DNA from: Octopus bimaculoides
Lineage: Eukaryota
Length of the DNA stretch: 38,358 nt
Direction of reading: 5' to 3'
NCBI RefSeq assembly: GCF_001194135.2
Contig: NC_068981.1
Span: forward strand, 169,211,410 to 169,249,767
Positions within the stretch are counted from its first letter, which is position 1. Each line of letters opens with the position of its first letter. This document shows, piece by piece, positions 23,334-35,099 of this stretch. The notes beneath the pieces were generated by a model, which worked only from the letters and a program-made list of their open reading frames with translations, did not search any database and was not told the DNA's origin. The position numbers were made by a program, and so were the translations under genes.

Positions 23334-23660
23334 TATACACATATATATTTACACAGACACATATATATATATACATACACACACATATATATATATATAC
23401 ATATATAATCATATATATAAACACATATACATATATATACACATATACATACGTATATATATATATATATATATATNNNNNNNNNNTATATACGTACGCA
23501 TACATATATACATATATTTATATATATTTATTTATACATACATATATACTTACATACACACAGAGACACACTCACATATATATGTATATATGCATATATG
23601 TGTATATATAAGTGTGTATGTATACACGTATGAATGTATATGTGTGTGAGCGTGTGTATT
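23270..23660. repeat. Degenerate TA/CA/TACA microsatellite field
   Basis: Directly visible; source of several YI/TH ORFs. Confidence 0.9.
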
Positions 23661-25039
23661 CATGTATGATCCAAACTAACAGAAACTCTGAATGCACATA
23701 GAACAAAGAAAACATCCAGAAATAAGTGAAACTGTTTAAAATATACTAAATATAAAAACAAAATGAAAACAAATCCAGAAATATATCATAAAAGAGAGCA
23801 AAAAAAAAATGGAATAGAAATCGGAAAGATAATGAAACAACAAGTAAATCCTTCCAAAAAGAAATATAAAATAAAATAAAATCTAAAGGTCTATAAAAGC
23901 CCAAAATAAACAAGCAGTTTTGTTTTGATTCAATCACTATTTGCGAATGAGATGGGGAGAGAAAGGTTTTGGATGTGAGAATCAATATTACCTTATGCAA
24001 AGCTGTTTCTGTTTNNNNNNNNNNNNNNNNNNNNNNNNNNNNNNNNNNNNNNNNNNNNNNNNNNNNNNNNNNNNNNNNNNNNNNNNNNNNNNNNNNNNNN
24101 NNNNNNNNNNNNNNNNNNNNNNNNNNNNNNNNNNNNNNNNNNNNNNNNNNNNNNNNNNNNNNNNNNNNNNNNNNNNNNNNNNNNNNNNNNNNNNNNNNNN
24201 NNNNNNNNNNNNNNNNNNNNNNNNNNNNNNNNNNNNNNNNNNNNNNNNNNNNNNNNNNNNNNNNNNNNNNNNNNNNNNNNNNNNNNNNNNNNNNNNNNNN
24301 NNNNNNNNNNNNNNNNNNNNNNNNNNNNNNNNNNNNNNNNNNNNNNNNNNNNNNNNNNNNNNNNNNNNNNNNNNNNNNNNNNNNNNNNNNNNNNNNNNNN
24401 NNNNNNNNNNNNNNNNNNNNNNNNNNNNNNNNNNNNNNNNNNNNNNNNNNNNNNNNNNNNNNNNNNNNNNNNNNNNNNNNNNNNNNNNNNNNNNNNNNNN
24501 NNNNNNNNNNNNNNNNNNNNNNNNNNNNNNNNNNNNNNNNNNNNNNNNNNNNNNNNNNNNNNNNNTATATATATATATATATATGTCATATGTGTAAGCA
24601 AATACTCACAACAAACCCATATATAATCTGCAATACACATATTTCTCAAAATACGTTAATAAAAATTCAATAATTTATATGCTGTTTCTCACGAAAATAT
24701 ATATTTACGATAATTTATATGAAAATGGTTGACTGTCTTTATTGATATGAAATCTAAAGTAAATAAATGTATGCTGCGCTTCAGATATTTTGTTTGTATA
24801 ACAGAATACGCTTTCGCTTGGGTCTTACCTAGGCGAGAATATAGGACGTGATAATTGAGATAATCTCTTTGAATAACGACAAATATTACTTAAGATTATA
24901 GAAGAGAGGGGGGTGTTCTGGATGCTATTTCATGATAGATTGACCGTTCAAAATGAAGCATGAGCTGCTATCGATAAAGTTCTGCCTGCTGATTAACAGA
25001 AAGAATATAGAAGTTAAGTAATACTACGAATGCCAATAC

Positions 25040-25195
25040 TTTGATTGGCATAATCGTTAGGATAAAATACCTTACTGAAATTTTTCTACACCTTTGCATT
25101 CCGAGATCGAATCTTGCGGCTAAATTTGTAATACATTATTTCAGGATCAATCGAATTAAATACCGTTAAAACGTTGAGTTCAATTTAATCTACAA
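25040..25195 (+). mobile_element. Highly diverged SINE family D copy
   Basis: gattggcataatcgttag...ttccgagatcgaatc...tttcaggatcaatcgaattaaatacc loosely parallels 34672-34800 and 9733-9830 (aligned by eye). Confidence 0.4.
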
Positions 25196-25543
25196 TTCTT
25201 CCTTCGCTCAAGTTTGAAGCCTTTTCTCTTTTGTTAGAATCCAATGTTGATACTATTTTACATTATATATGTTTTTTCACACGCGTACACAGACATTATA
25301 GCGTGTCAGCTTTATTCAATAAGATTCGACATTACAAATGCTCCAACAGCCATAACATCTTTCACATTCAGAATGCCATCTAAATGAACACAAATATATA
25401 CCTCTCGTGTGTGAAACTCTGAAAAATGATGCGTGCGCCCTTCTCATCTCTTTGTACTTATAGACGTATATTAATCTAATGCTTATGTGTTCCATCTACA
25501 AAATATTTCGAAGATTATAAAACACTCTTTTCTCTATTTCTAG

Positions 25544-25691
25544 AAAAATAAGCATGCAAATTATATCCACGAAGTACTGCTGTCGGACGTGCGGGTTTAT
25601 GCCGAACAACTGTTGTCAAGTGCGGAAAGAGTACAGCTATCGATTGAGTCCATAGTAAAAATTGACCCGCCTGATTTCCTATCGAAAGAAG
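25544..25691 (+). CDS. Probable internal coding exon (148 bp, phase 0 to phase 1) of an unidentified host gene: KNKHANYIHEVLLSDVRVYAEQLLSSAERVQLSIESIVKIDPPDFLSKE
   Basis: Acceptor ctcttttctctatttctag| and donor AAG|gtaaga are both close to consensus. Only one of three frames is open end to end. The sequence is non-repetitive and GC-richer than its flanks, and the amino-acid composition is protein-like. Confidence 0.65.
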
Positions 25692-26284
25692 GTAAGAATT
25701 GTTTTCTCATTGTAGTAGAAATTGCGAGAGAGGTGAAAAAGAAAATATAGATATAATGTCATCGCTTCATCGCCTGAACGAAGACCCAGTTCTGTAGTGG
25801 GATTTATTTGTTCCTCATTTCAATAGAGTCTAGTATTTCTATGCAGTCCTCGCTTTAAGATACATTTAAAATTTTGTAAAGTAGCATACATTTCTCGAGA
25901 GAATAGAAGAATAATGTAACAAACGAATGATTGCTTTTCATAACGAAGCTACAAACGGCTAATCGACTAGAATACATTTGTCTCGAGGTATATTCGATCG
26001 GAGTGCATCTGTTTCAAATAAGAACAACGACAAAACAAGTTACTAAAGAATCCTCAGCCTTGATGTAGTGCAGAAATTATTGGATTTCCTTTAGAGTATA
26101 CTTCAGTTGTACGTCATCCAGAATTTGAATATCATTTTCGCATTCATTCACTCATCCTTCATCGTGGTTGTACAACCAATTCCAACCGGTCAGGATTCAC
26201 AATACAGGTTATTCCATCACCGAATTCGAAACATGGGTTGTCAGATAATTTTCATGAGTCACAAACTCACTCGTCACAAGATTA

Positions 26285-26410
26285 CACATTTACAGCTGAA
26301 TGGACAGAACAGCGTGAAATGAAGAGTTTTGTTCAAGAACACGACGCCCACTCGGTCTGGGAATCGAAACATTGATCTCGAGACCAAGAGTGCAACACCC
26401 TAAGCACTAT
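26285..26410 (-). mobile_element. SINE family C-related head fragment
   Basis: The minus strand gtttcgattcccagaccgagtgggcgtcgtgttcttgaacaaaactcttcatttcacgctgttctgtccattcagc parallels 16778-16852. Confidence 0.7.
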
Positions 26411-27712
26411 GTTCTCGAAATTACAATATCTTAATTAATAGCGACAGAAGTAATATGAATAACAATTGGTGATATCTTATTTTTGCAATATATCAGAGTA
26501 GTTGGGCTTATGTACTGGCTAACCATGAGTGGGACTAAAATCTGATTTGAGATGTATGTGGACTTTGTTTTTACCAAATTTGTTAAAACGTTGCTTCTGC
26601 AAATCAGAATTGCTTTGCGATGAAATCACGTATGGCTAATTTAGCTAATAAAATGCTGTATATCAAAAGAATAACATGTTCATTTATGACATGTATTAAT
26701 GTGATAAACAGAGACATTTAGTTAACCTTTCATGATATTTAACATTTCTGATTGGAAGATCAGCCAGCTCTGTTGACCTGTAAAAATTGAGAAGATCCTC
26801 CATGCTTGAAGTACAGAGACATTTAATATTAAATGCCCTGACAAGCAAAATGCCTGCTGCTAATATGAACTCATGTTCAATGTATTTGTTGTCTTGCGTT
26901 GTATGTATTTGACTATTTCACGTTTATGTTATTTACGAGCCAAGGTCATCGTTATTATACTGAACTCAATGCCAAATCCTCAGTACTCTGCCAGTTTAAT
27001 GAATTCCGAACGGGATATAATTATGCCATTATAGATCACATTTAAATTGCGAAATTCGCAGTAAGGCGTTTCATTATTGAGTCGGTATATCTGTGCTTTT
27101 AATCTTCAGTGTTATAAGGTACCATGTAAACTGAATGGAATTAAATTACCTCAGTAGCTGTCAGAAGTTGTATTATAGCGAAATTAAGAGGTGAATATAT
27201 TATATCTACGATGGCAATATTTTACTCTGTAGGATTGTACATTCACTCTGTTTCTGAGTCATAAATTACACAGAGCATAAAAAATATAACGAAAGTTTCC
27301 ATATAAATATTTTTGCAATGTTGTTGTCGTTGTTTCTATATTCAAAGGTATTCCAACAGTGAACATCCTACCTCTTCATTTTTCAGACATAATATATCTA
27401 GGTCTACATTAGCAAATGTGCTATCCTTCCTTCTTTAAGTGACAGCAGAGTGTGATTTGAGGGAGATTTAGCTGCTATTTCTGATAGACTGAATGATTAT
27501 GCAGAAAATCGACCGCTAGTTTGTTGTAATAATGGGGAAAAACGTAGCCGTCACTTGCAGGCGGATCTGAGTAACCTCATATAGCATTCTTTCACTAAGT
27601 GTTTTACGACACCTTCTCAGACCCCCCCCCGCCACCCACTGACCAAGCGGAACATCGAGTATATATATACTGGAGGGAGAAAGGGCTGCACCAACACTTT
27701 GTTTAGTACTTA

Positions 27713-29136
27713 CTAGCAGATATACCCAGTGTTGCTCGGATTAAAGAGGATAATGAAATTTTAAAACGCCATCTAGATTACGCAGGTCTGAAAATGCTAG
27801 TAGCTGAGATACCAGCTTTCTGCATTAATAACTCTGCAACCCATGCCGGCATAGAACATAGACGTTAAGTGAAATGCCAAAAGAAAGTTTTCAATTTATA
27901 TATGTATATAAAGTAAATACTTGTAATTCAAAGTCACGTTTCGTGTAGCTTATTTCGTAACCATAAAAACAGGTACAAATTATAAACATTGAAAGGCCGA
28001 TTTTGGAGATCAATTTGACAGAGGTAGTAGAGAACGAATTCAATGATAAATCTGATCTTGGACCTTGAAAGTTTGCATGAATCAGCCTGGCTCAGTTAAA
28101 TCTCAAGTGATGTCATCTGTAGTGCAGAGTTGTATTGTCTAAAATTGTTTTAGAAGTGCTTGGAATCTTGGTCAGTTGGTGAGAAGTTTCTTCATTGGAT
28201 CTGGAGGTTGGGGAATTGCAGTGAGTTTAACCTTTCCACTACTGCAGCACAGTGCAGGTGTCTGTCCAGGCCACTTCATTGTTTTACAATGTATGCACTC
28301 AATTGTCATTGCACCAATGGAAACTCTAGTGTCATCTGCATAATGAACTGCTGGATCATAATTGCAAGCTGCTTCATACAAGTTGATTCTCTGAGCTCTT
28401 GCAACTGCTCTTCGTTCTGAAGTGGAGATCCTATTCCTAGTCAGCCGTGTATACCTCTGTTCATAACTTTGAAATGCTCTGACTTTTGTAGTGCATAGTC
28501 TGTTCGTTTCTTTGTATGCTTCTCTTTCTGCAGCTATCTCTCTTTCTCTAGACAGAGACATTCTTTTGGCTGACCTTGATATTGTAAATTTTTACGGAAA
28601 ATAAAGAATTGTACGGGTTGAAACGTAATTTGCTATTTAGTGAATCAAAGATTCCAGTATTGAAAGATCCAGAAAAAAGCCGTTGCAAAAGTAAATAGGA
28701 AATTTTTAGGGAAATTTAACAAAGTGTATGGATTGAAGTGAAATTTATGAAGTTACTTCTTTCAGTTAATCATGTATGAAATAACTTTCATTAGTAATTG
28801 TGAACTTCTTTCTGTCAGTAATTTGTCATTGTTGTTTGTAAATAGCGATTGAAAACTTGCAGTGAAAACAGTAGCGATTGAACTTAATGTGAAAACAATA
28901 GCGCTTGAGAAATGAAAGTGATAACAATAGAGAGTGAGTGAGATATATATAGAGAGAGATAGCTAGTTAGACAAATAAGATAAATATAGATAGATAAGAT
29001 ATAGACAGATAGATACAGACAGATAGATAGATACAGAGATAGAGATGGATAGAGAGATATAGATAGAGAGATATATAGAGAGATACAGATACGCGTGAAA
29101 AGCGAATACACACACATCTCCTTTTTATATATTAGA
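27713..29136 (-). mobile_element. Internally deleted Helitron with both termini (~1.42 kb)
   Basis: 5' host A|TCtaatatataaaaagg (29137|29136). 3' degenerate hairpin atccga-gcaaca-ctgggt, then atatctgCTAG|T (27716-27713|27712). It contains a RepHel remnant, ~28-bp subrepeats (28841-28925) and an (AGAT)n tract (28925-29092). Confidence 0.75.
28001..28561 (-). pseudogene. Helitron RepHel N-terminal fragment (Zn-finger-like C..C...CC region and start of Rep)
   Basis: ACNYDPAVHY...IGAMTIECIHCKTMKWPGQTPALCCSSGKVKLTAIPQPPDPMKKLL continues through frameshifts as DSKHF*NNFRQYNSALQMTSL and EPG*FMQTFKVQDQIYH*IRSLLP. These match the typical RepHel IGxMxxxCxxCxAxKxxxExxGxCCxxGKV and F..NIR.YNS.FQMTS / PTFKVQGQIYHRIGSLLP motifs. 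Confidence 0.9.
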
Positions 29137-29643
29137 TGAGATTCTGATAATTTTTTGACCAATGAATGTAAGAGAGACAATCAGTTTCTGAAAGTTACTT
29201 CGCAAAGAGTTACTTTCCTTCTCCATGTAATCCAGGAACGGGTAATTTTCTGCTCCCAGGGGGCCCGTTACTCTTTGTGTGAACACTTTTAAGAGTCTAA
29301 GCGTCTCTGGAAAATAAGTAATCTATGCTCCCAGTTTGGAGAAAATCAGTTGAAAAATACGGACATTATAATCNNNNNNNNNNNNNNNNNNNNNNNNNNN
29401 NNNNNNNNNNNNNNNNNNNNNNNNNNNNNNNNNNNNNNNNNNNNNNNNNNNNNNNNNNNNNNNNNNNNNNNNNNNNNNNNNNNNNNNNNNNNNNNNNNNN
29501 NNNNNNNNNNNNNNNNNNNGGGATTTATATCATAGATTTTCGTCTGAATAAACTCGAGAAGCGTGAGATGATGCGCTTTTGCTTAAGGACAGAATGAGCC
29601 ACAAGTGAAGAACATCCCTCCCCCGAATACATAACCATAAGCC

Positions 29644-30175
29644 CGACATGGCCAAATAGTTGAGGAGCATAGTTTGCGACAAGTGTTTTCAGGTTCAGTG
29701 CCATTGCTCGGCACCTTGGGAAAATGATTCCTACTTTGGCACTGGCCTATCGATGCCTTTGAGTGAATTTGGTTCACCAAAACTGTGTGAAGGCCTGTCG
29801 TGTGTGTGTACGTGCACGCTTCTTCGTGTGTGTGTGTCTCCCCCACAACTGCTTCACGCCCGGTGTGGGAATGTTTATTCTCCGTTATCTAGTGGTTTGG
29901 CAATACAGTCTCATGGAATAATCACTAGACTTAAAAAGATAAGTACGGTACTGCCTGGATATTCTAGTTAATTAATTCCGCGTGAAGGCTCGTAATGCGA
30001 AAACTCGTAATGCGAAAACTCGTAAACAGAAAATAAAACAAAGAAGAACTCGTAAACACAGGGTCTCGTAAAGCGAGTCTTTGTAAAGTGAGGCATTATT
30101 GTAGCTGGGTCCTTTTATTCGACTCAAATCCAGAACGGTCGCAACACAAGTGATTGAAATAAGTAAAAAATAGAG
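29644..30175 (+). mobile_element. SINE family A, old copy, with a MITE inserted in its 3' tail
   Basis: The head, body and tail order is collinear with 8942-9356. The tail breaks at aagataagTA (29945) and resumes after 30103 with gctgggtccttttattcgac...tgattgaaataagtaaaa. Confidence 0.7.
29946..30101. mobile_element. 156-bp Tc1/mariner-superfamily (Tigger/pogo-like) MITE
   Basis: TA on both sides (29944-45, 30102-03). The degenerate TIRs match at 11/19 positions (8 of the first 11). CTCGTAA occurs five times inside. Removing the insert restores the SINE tail. Confidence 0.6.
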
Positions 30176-30379
30176 ATTGTATCCACTAGTCCCCAAGTTC
30201 AAATAAATTACGATATTGATTTGATCATGTTTTTTATCTGTATCTGCTCTAAATCTATGTTCATTCAGTGCATATCATCCTTCTTTAGTCATTAATAAAA
30301 ACCTTCCCTTTCCTACCCCCTCTTCTCACTCTTATTGCCCTCTATCACCCTTGAACTATAAACTATGTGTTACAAGTCG

Positions 30380-31135
30380 GAAATGAAAATGAAAATATAG
30401 TCGCTGGAATTCGTGGAGACAAATAATGGTTAAGTGCAAAACAAGCAGCGAGCAACAAACAAGAGCAAATACAGCAACAAAAGGAGAACAAAACCAAATA
30501 GAGCAACAAACGGAGAACAAAAGTAAAAGCAAAATCCATAACGAGAGTAAAATCAGGAATAACAATCGTACAAACAAACAATACGAAAGCTGATGTGCGA
30601 AGTTTTAATTAAGAAACCGTGCATTTCAAATCATTTGAATTGAATTCCGCAGCCAAATTATGCTATCAAGAGTATGATGAATCTATTTAATTCTGTTACT
30701 GATTTGTTGATAAGAATACATCGTTGTCGACGACGACAACTACAACAAAAACATTAGCGACAAACACAAACAAAAATTTAAATGTAATACTATTCTCGAA
30801 TAGCAACGAGAACAAGAATTACGAGGACTATCGAGGAGAAAATAACAAGAAAATAAAAACAAAGAAAAAAAAGACAGAACAAAAACATCAAAAACTGATG
30901 AACAAATGACGGAAGAAAACGAAGAAGAGAAAAAAAAAACAATAATAATTACGGCAACGGACAAACAATTTGAAATAACACTAAAAGAAAACAATAAAAA
31001 TTATATACAAAGAAAGGGAAAGAAACAAATAAGATATGAAAAAAAAAAAAAAAAGAAAGAACAGATCATTCCCACTTGCCGTCTCTAGAATAACAAGAAA
31101 TAATGATAATAAAAAGAAAATTAAAAAAAAAAACA
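30380..31135. repeat. A-rich low-complexity tracts (AAC/AAG-derived)
   Basis: Directly visible; source of the K/N-rich and F/L-rich ORFs. Confidence 0.8.
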
Positions 31136-31387
31136 TTTCATAAAAACCCATACGAAACGAAACAAGTAAAACAGCCTGGCAGCAACGTATAAATTTATCT
31201 TCGTAGACATATTAAAGCGTATGTGATTGTGTGAATAACATTCGCCGTGGAATAATAACGTACATGTCGTAATTACTTCTGTTTGGCGTGAACATACATT
31301 AACAACAATTATCTGTGTACATTGCCTCGTTGTGCAATATAATAATTTAGAGATCATATAGTTTTTAATTGGTATCGTTGATTTAAG

Positions 31388-31459
31388 CAGCAGCAGAAGA
31401 AGAAGTCACAACAGCAGCAGAAGAAGAAGTCACAGCAGCAGCAGAAGAAGAAGTCACAG
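31388..31459 (+). repeat. 24-bp minisatellite x3 (cagcagcagaagaagaagtcacaR)
   Basis: Three near-identical units (one substitution) within a CAG/CAT/CAC trinucleotide mosaic extending to ~31590. Confidence 0.9.
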
Positions 31460-31917
31460 CAACAGCAGCAGGAGCAATAGAAGGGGCTGGAGTAACAACC
31501 GCTTCATCATTATCATCATCGTCGTCGTTGTCGGTAGCAGCAAGAGCACCATGACCACCAGCACCAGCACCACCACCACCACCACAACTAGCAGAACCGC
31601 TTTTCTAAACAATACTCATAGAATGCGAAACTGGTACTATACCCACTGGGTAGTACATCGCGGGAAAAAAAAAGGAAAACATGAAGAAAAGATCGCAAAA
31701 AAAAAGTAAAAAAAAAAAAAGAAAACAAAAAGCAAAAAGTACAAAGAAAAAACAAAAAGGATGCACATCAGACCAAATACAAGTAGACCTTTCTAATAGA
31801 CTGACGTTTTACAATAGGTTAATCTTAAATTGAAATATAATCGATAACTCTGATGTTCGACGCGGAAGAAACAATAACTATAGACTAGAACATAACGCCC
31901 CCAAACTCAATATTCTA

Positions 31918-32220
<303 letters not shown>

Positions 32221-32222
32221 CA

Positions 32223-32313
32223 CTTTTGCCGAACCGCTAAGTTACGGGGACGTAAACACACCAGCATCGGTTGTCAAGCGATGTTGGGGGGTGGGACAAA
32301 CACAGACACACAA

Positions 32314-32347
<34 letters not shown>

Positions 32348-32438
32348 NNNNNNNNNNNNNNNNNNNNNNNNNNNNNNNNNNNNNNNNNNNNNNNNNNNNN
32401 NNNNNNNNNNNNNNNNNNNNNNNNNNNNNNNNNNNNNN

Positions 32439-32481
<43 letters not shown>

Positions 32482-32660
32482 TATATACATATACATATAT
32501 ACGACGGGCTTCTTTCAGTTTCCGTCTACCAAATCAACTCACAAGGCTTTGGTCGGCCCGAGGCTATAGTAGAAGACACTTGCCCATGGTGCCACGCAGT
32601 GGGACTGAACCCGGAACCATGTGGTTGGTAAGCAAGCTACTTACCACACAGCCACTCCTG
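32223..32660 (-). mobile_element. SINE family A copy (well preserved, 3' tail truncated), internal (TA)n-gap-(TG)n
   Basis: Reverse complement of the head and body at 32502-32660 and of the tail start at 32223-32315; homologous to 8942-9220. Confidence 0.9.
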
Positions 32661-32675
32661 CGCGCACACACACAT

Positions 32676-32708
<33 letters not shown>

Positions 32709-33569
32709 CACACATACACATATAGATATTTATATCATTGACACATATCACAATGTTACAACATTTCAGTCTAATGGTGCATTGATTTCCAGAGTTTGGG
32801 GCATAGAGAACGGTATGATAGTTACAAAACTTTATTTTGCCCACAACAATGAAGACAGAAAAGAAGCAGCCTAAACGAGCTGTATATCTGCACGCAGATC
32901 TGTCCGTCTGGGGACACACATACGTGCGCGCCCACACACATAAATAATGGTCATATTTATGTACAAACATAAAAAAAGCGTATATTATAGAATTACAGTA
33001 AAAGTAAGTAGGGAGACGCTAAATGCTTAAATACGAGAAGAGTAATTGAAGGAAAAACGTAAACGTCAAAAGATTATAATTGTGAAAACATATAAATGAT
33101 TATTTTCTACAATGCTACTTACATGAATTGATGTTAATCAGAACTGATGCGAATATATATTAATTAAAACATAAGGAAATATTGCACGGAGTGTCTGCTT
33201 TAACTCTTCAACAGTTAGTATTGTTATGTTTTATATACATAGATATATGTATTTTTTACAAAGCATCATTAAGAATTATGGTTTCAAGATAATGAATTGC
33301 ACAAATTTAGATATTTTTCAGCGAACTAACTTAACGACATTAATGTAAGCACATTATGGTGCATACACCATATATCACACACACACATACACACCGACAA
33401 TCTCTCTCACTCACTCTCTCACTCTCTCTGTTTCACGCATGTATATATATAAATGAATGTATGAGCATATGTATACCACGGACTTCCTGTATCGTTGCTT
33501 AAGATAAACACTCACGCCTATATTTATATATACATGCATACAGATATATATATTTAAATACACAAGTAT

Positions 33570-33579
<10 letters not shown>

Positions 33580-33618
<39 letters not shown>

Positions 33619-33954
33619 NNNNNNNNNNNNNNNNNNNNNNNNNNNNNNNNNNNNNNNNNNNNNNNNNNNNNNNNNNNNNNNNNNNNNNNNNNNNNNNNNN
33701 NNNNNNNNNNNNNNNNNNNNNNNNNNNNNNNNNNNNNNNNNNNNNNNNNNNNNNNNNNNNNNNNNNNNNNNNNNNNNNNNNNNNNNNNNNNNNNNNNNNN
33801 NNNNNNNNNNNNNNNNNNNNNNNNNNNNNNNNNNNNNNNNNNNNNNNNNNNNNNNNNNNNNNNNNNNNNNNNNNNNNNNNNNNNNNNNNNNNNNNNNNNN
33901 NNNNNNNNNNNNNNNNNNNNNNNNNNNNNNNNNNNNNNNNNNNNNNNNNNNNNN

Positions 33955-33990
<36 letters not shown>
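33580..33990. repeat. (TA)n array spanning gap 33619-33954
   Basis: (TA)n on both gap edges. Confidence 0.9.
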
Positions 33991-33991
<1 letters not shown>

Positions 33992-34537
33992 AAGAAAACG
34001 GCCTTGAAGTATTTTATTGACACCTAGCTTAAATACAATCGCTCAAATTCATTATATTTGAGTTTAATTGCTTCGAAATCTGCTGGCAAGGTTAATTTAA
34101 AAGGAGGAATATTGCCTCACTCAGAACTGCTGCACACAAGCAATTCACATGAAGGTTCACGTTGACCTTCATAAAGACAAATCTAAGCAAACATAAAGCC
34201 TAAAATCTCATTTTTCCTTTGGCGTGTGGAAGTATTTTCTCGGATAAAATGCTTTTTGCATAATATTGTACTAATTTTCCTAATTGCTTTAAATGAGTTT
34301 TTTTTTTCTAATAAATAAAATCTTTTAATGTCATTTCCAATATATGTGCATACACCATATCTTTATTTATTCTGTTTGAAGGTAAAAGGGAAGTTTCAGG
34401 TAAAGTGAAATAGCATTTGACATTCTCTTTGAAACAAAAATTGCCTGTATGCAAAATATCAGCAATTTAGGTGTAAAAGTGCAGCCTACATAGTGGGAGA
34501 TGCATTCAATAATGGCTTCACACACACACACGTACAT

Positions 34538-34611
<74 letters not shown>

Positions 34612-34671
34612 TCTCTACACACATACGCACACACATACACACGCACACAAACTTACACACACGCGTATATA

Positions 34672-34864
34672 TAGCATGCCGGGCAAAATGCTTAGTGAAA
34701 TTTCATCTGTCTTTGCGTTCTGATTACGTTCAAATCCCGTCGAGGTCGACTCCGCTTTCCATCCTCTCGCAGTCGATAAAATAAGTACCTGTGCACCACT
34801 TGGCTCAATGTAACTGACTTATCGGTCCCCCCAAATTGCTGGCCTTGTGCCAAAGTGCGAATCA
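34672..34864 (+). mobile_element. SINE family D copy
   Basis: B-box-like gttcaaatccc, central gtcgac...ttccatcctctcgcagtcgataaaataagtacc, and 3' ggccttgtgccaaa; homologous to 9733-9870. Confidence 0.8.
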
Positions 34865-35099
34865 GATATGTATAAGTATATTAACGCTTGTATTCACTCT
34901 CTCACATCAAGCAGTATCAATACATGCTGGTAGCTATTTTTGGATGTCGTCACACCAATATGTTCAGCCCACACTCTACTACAGACTACCATTTAACAGT
35001 AAAAGACTTATAAGAAAAATAAAGGATTAAACGATATAAATCAACCGGCTAAAATATTGCCAACTGTAACCGCATTTTATAGATATGGCGTTAATAGAA

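Noticed and set aside
29976-30075. Short regularly spaced repeats as a CRISPR-like array
   Set aside because: Eukaryotic context, 7-15 bp motifs without unique spacers; explained as MITE-internal repeats.
34149-34172. Hairpin atgaaggt-tcacgttg-accttcat
   Set aside because: An isolated 8-bp stem with no CTRR end, U-tract or second copy; chance level.
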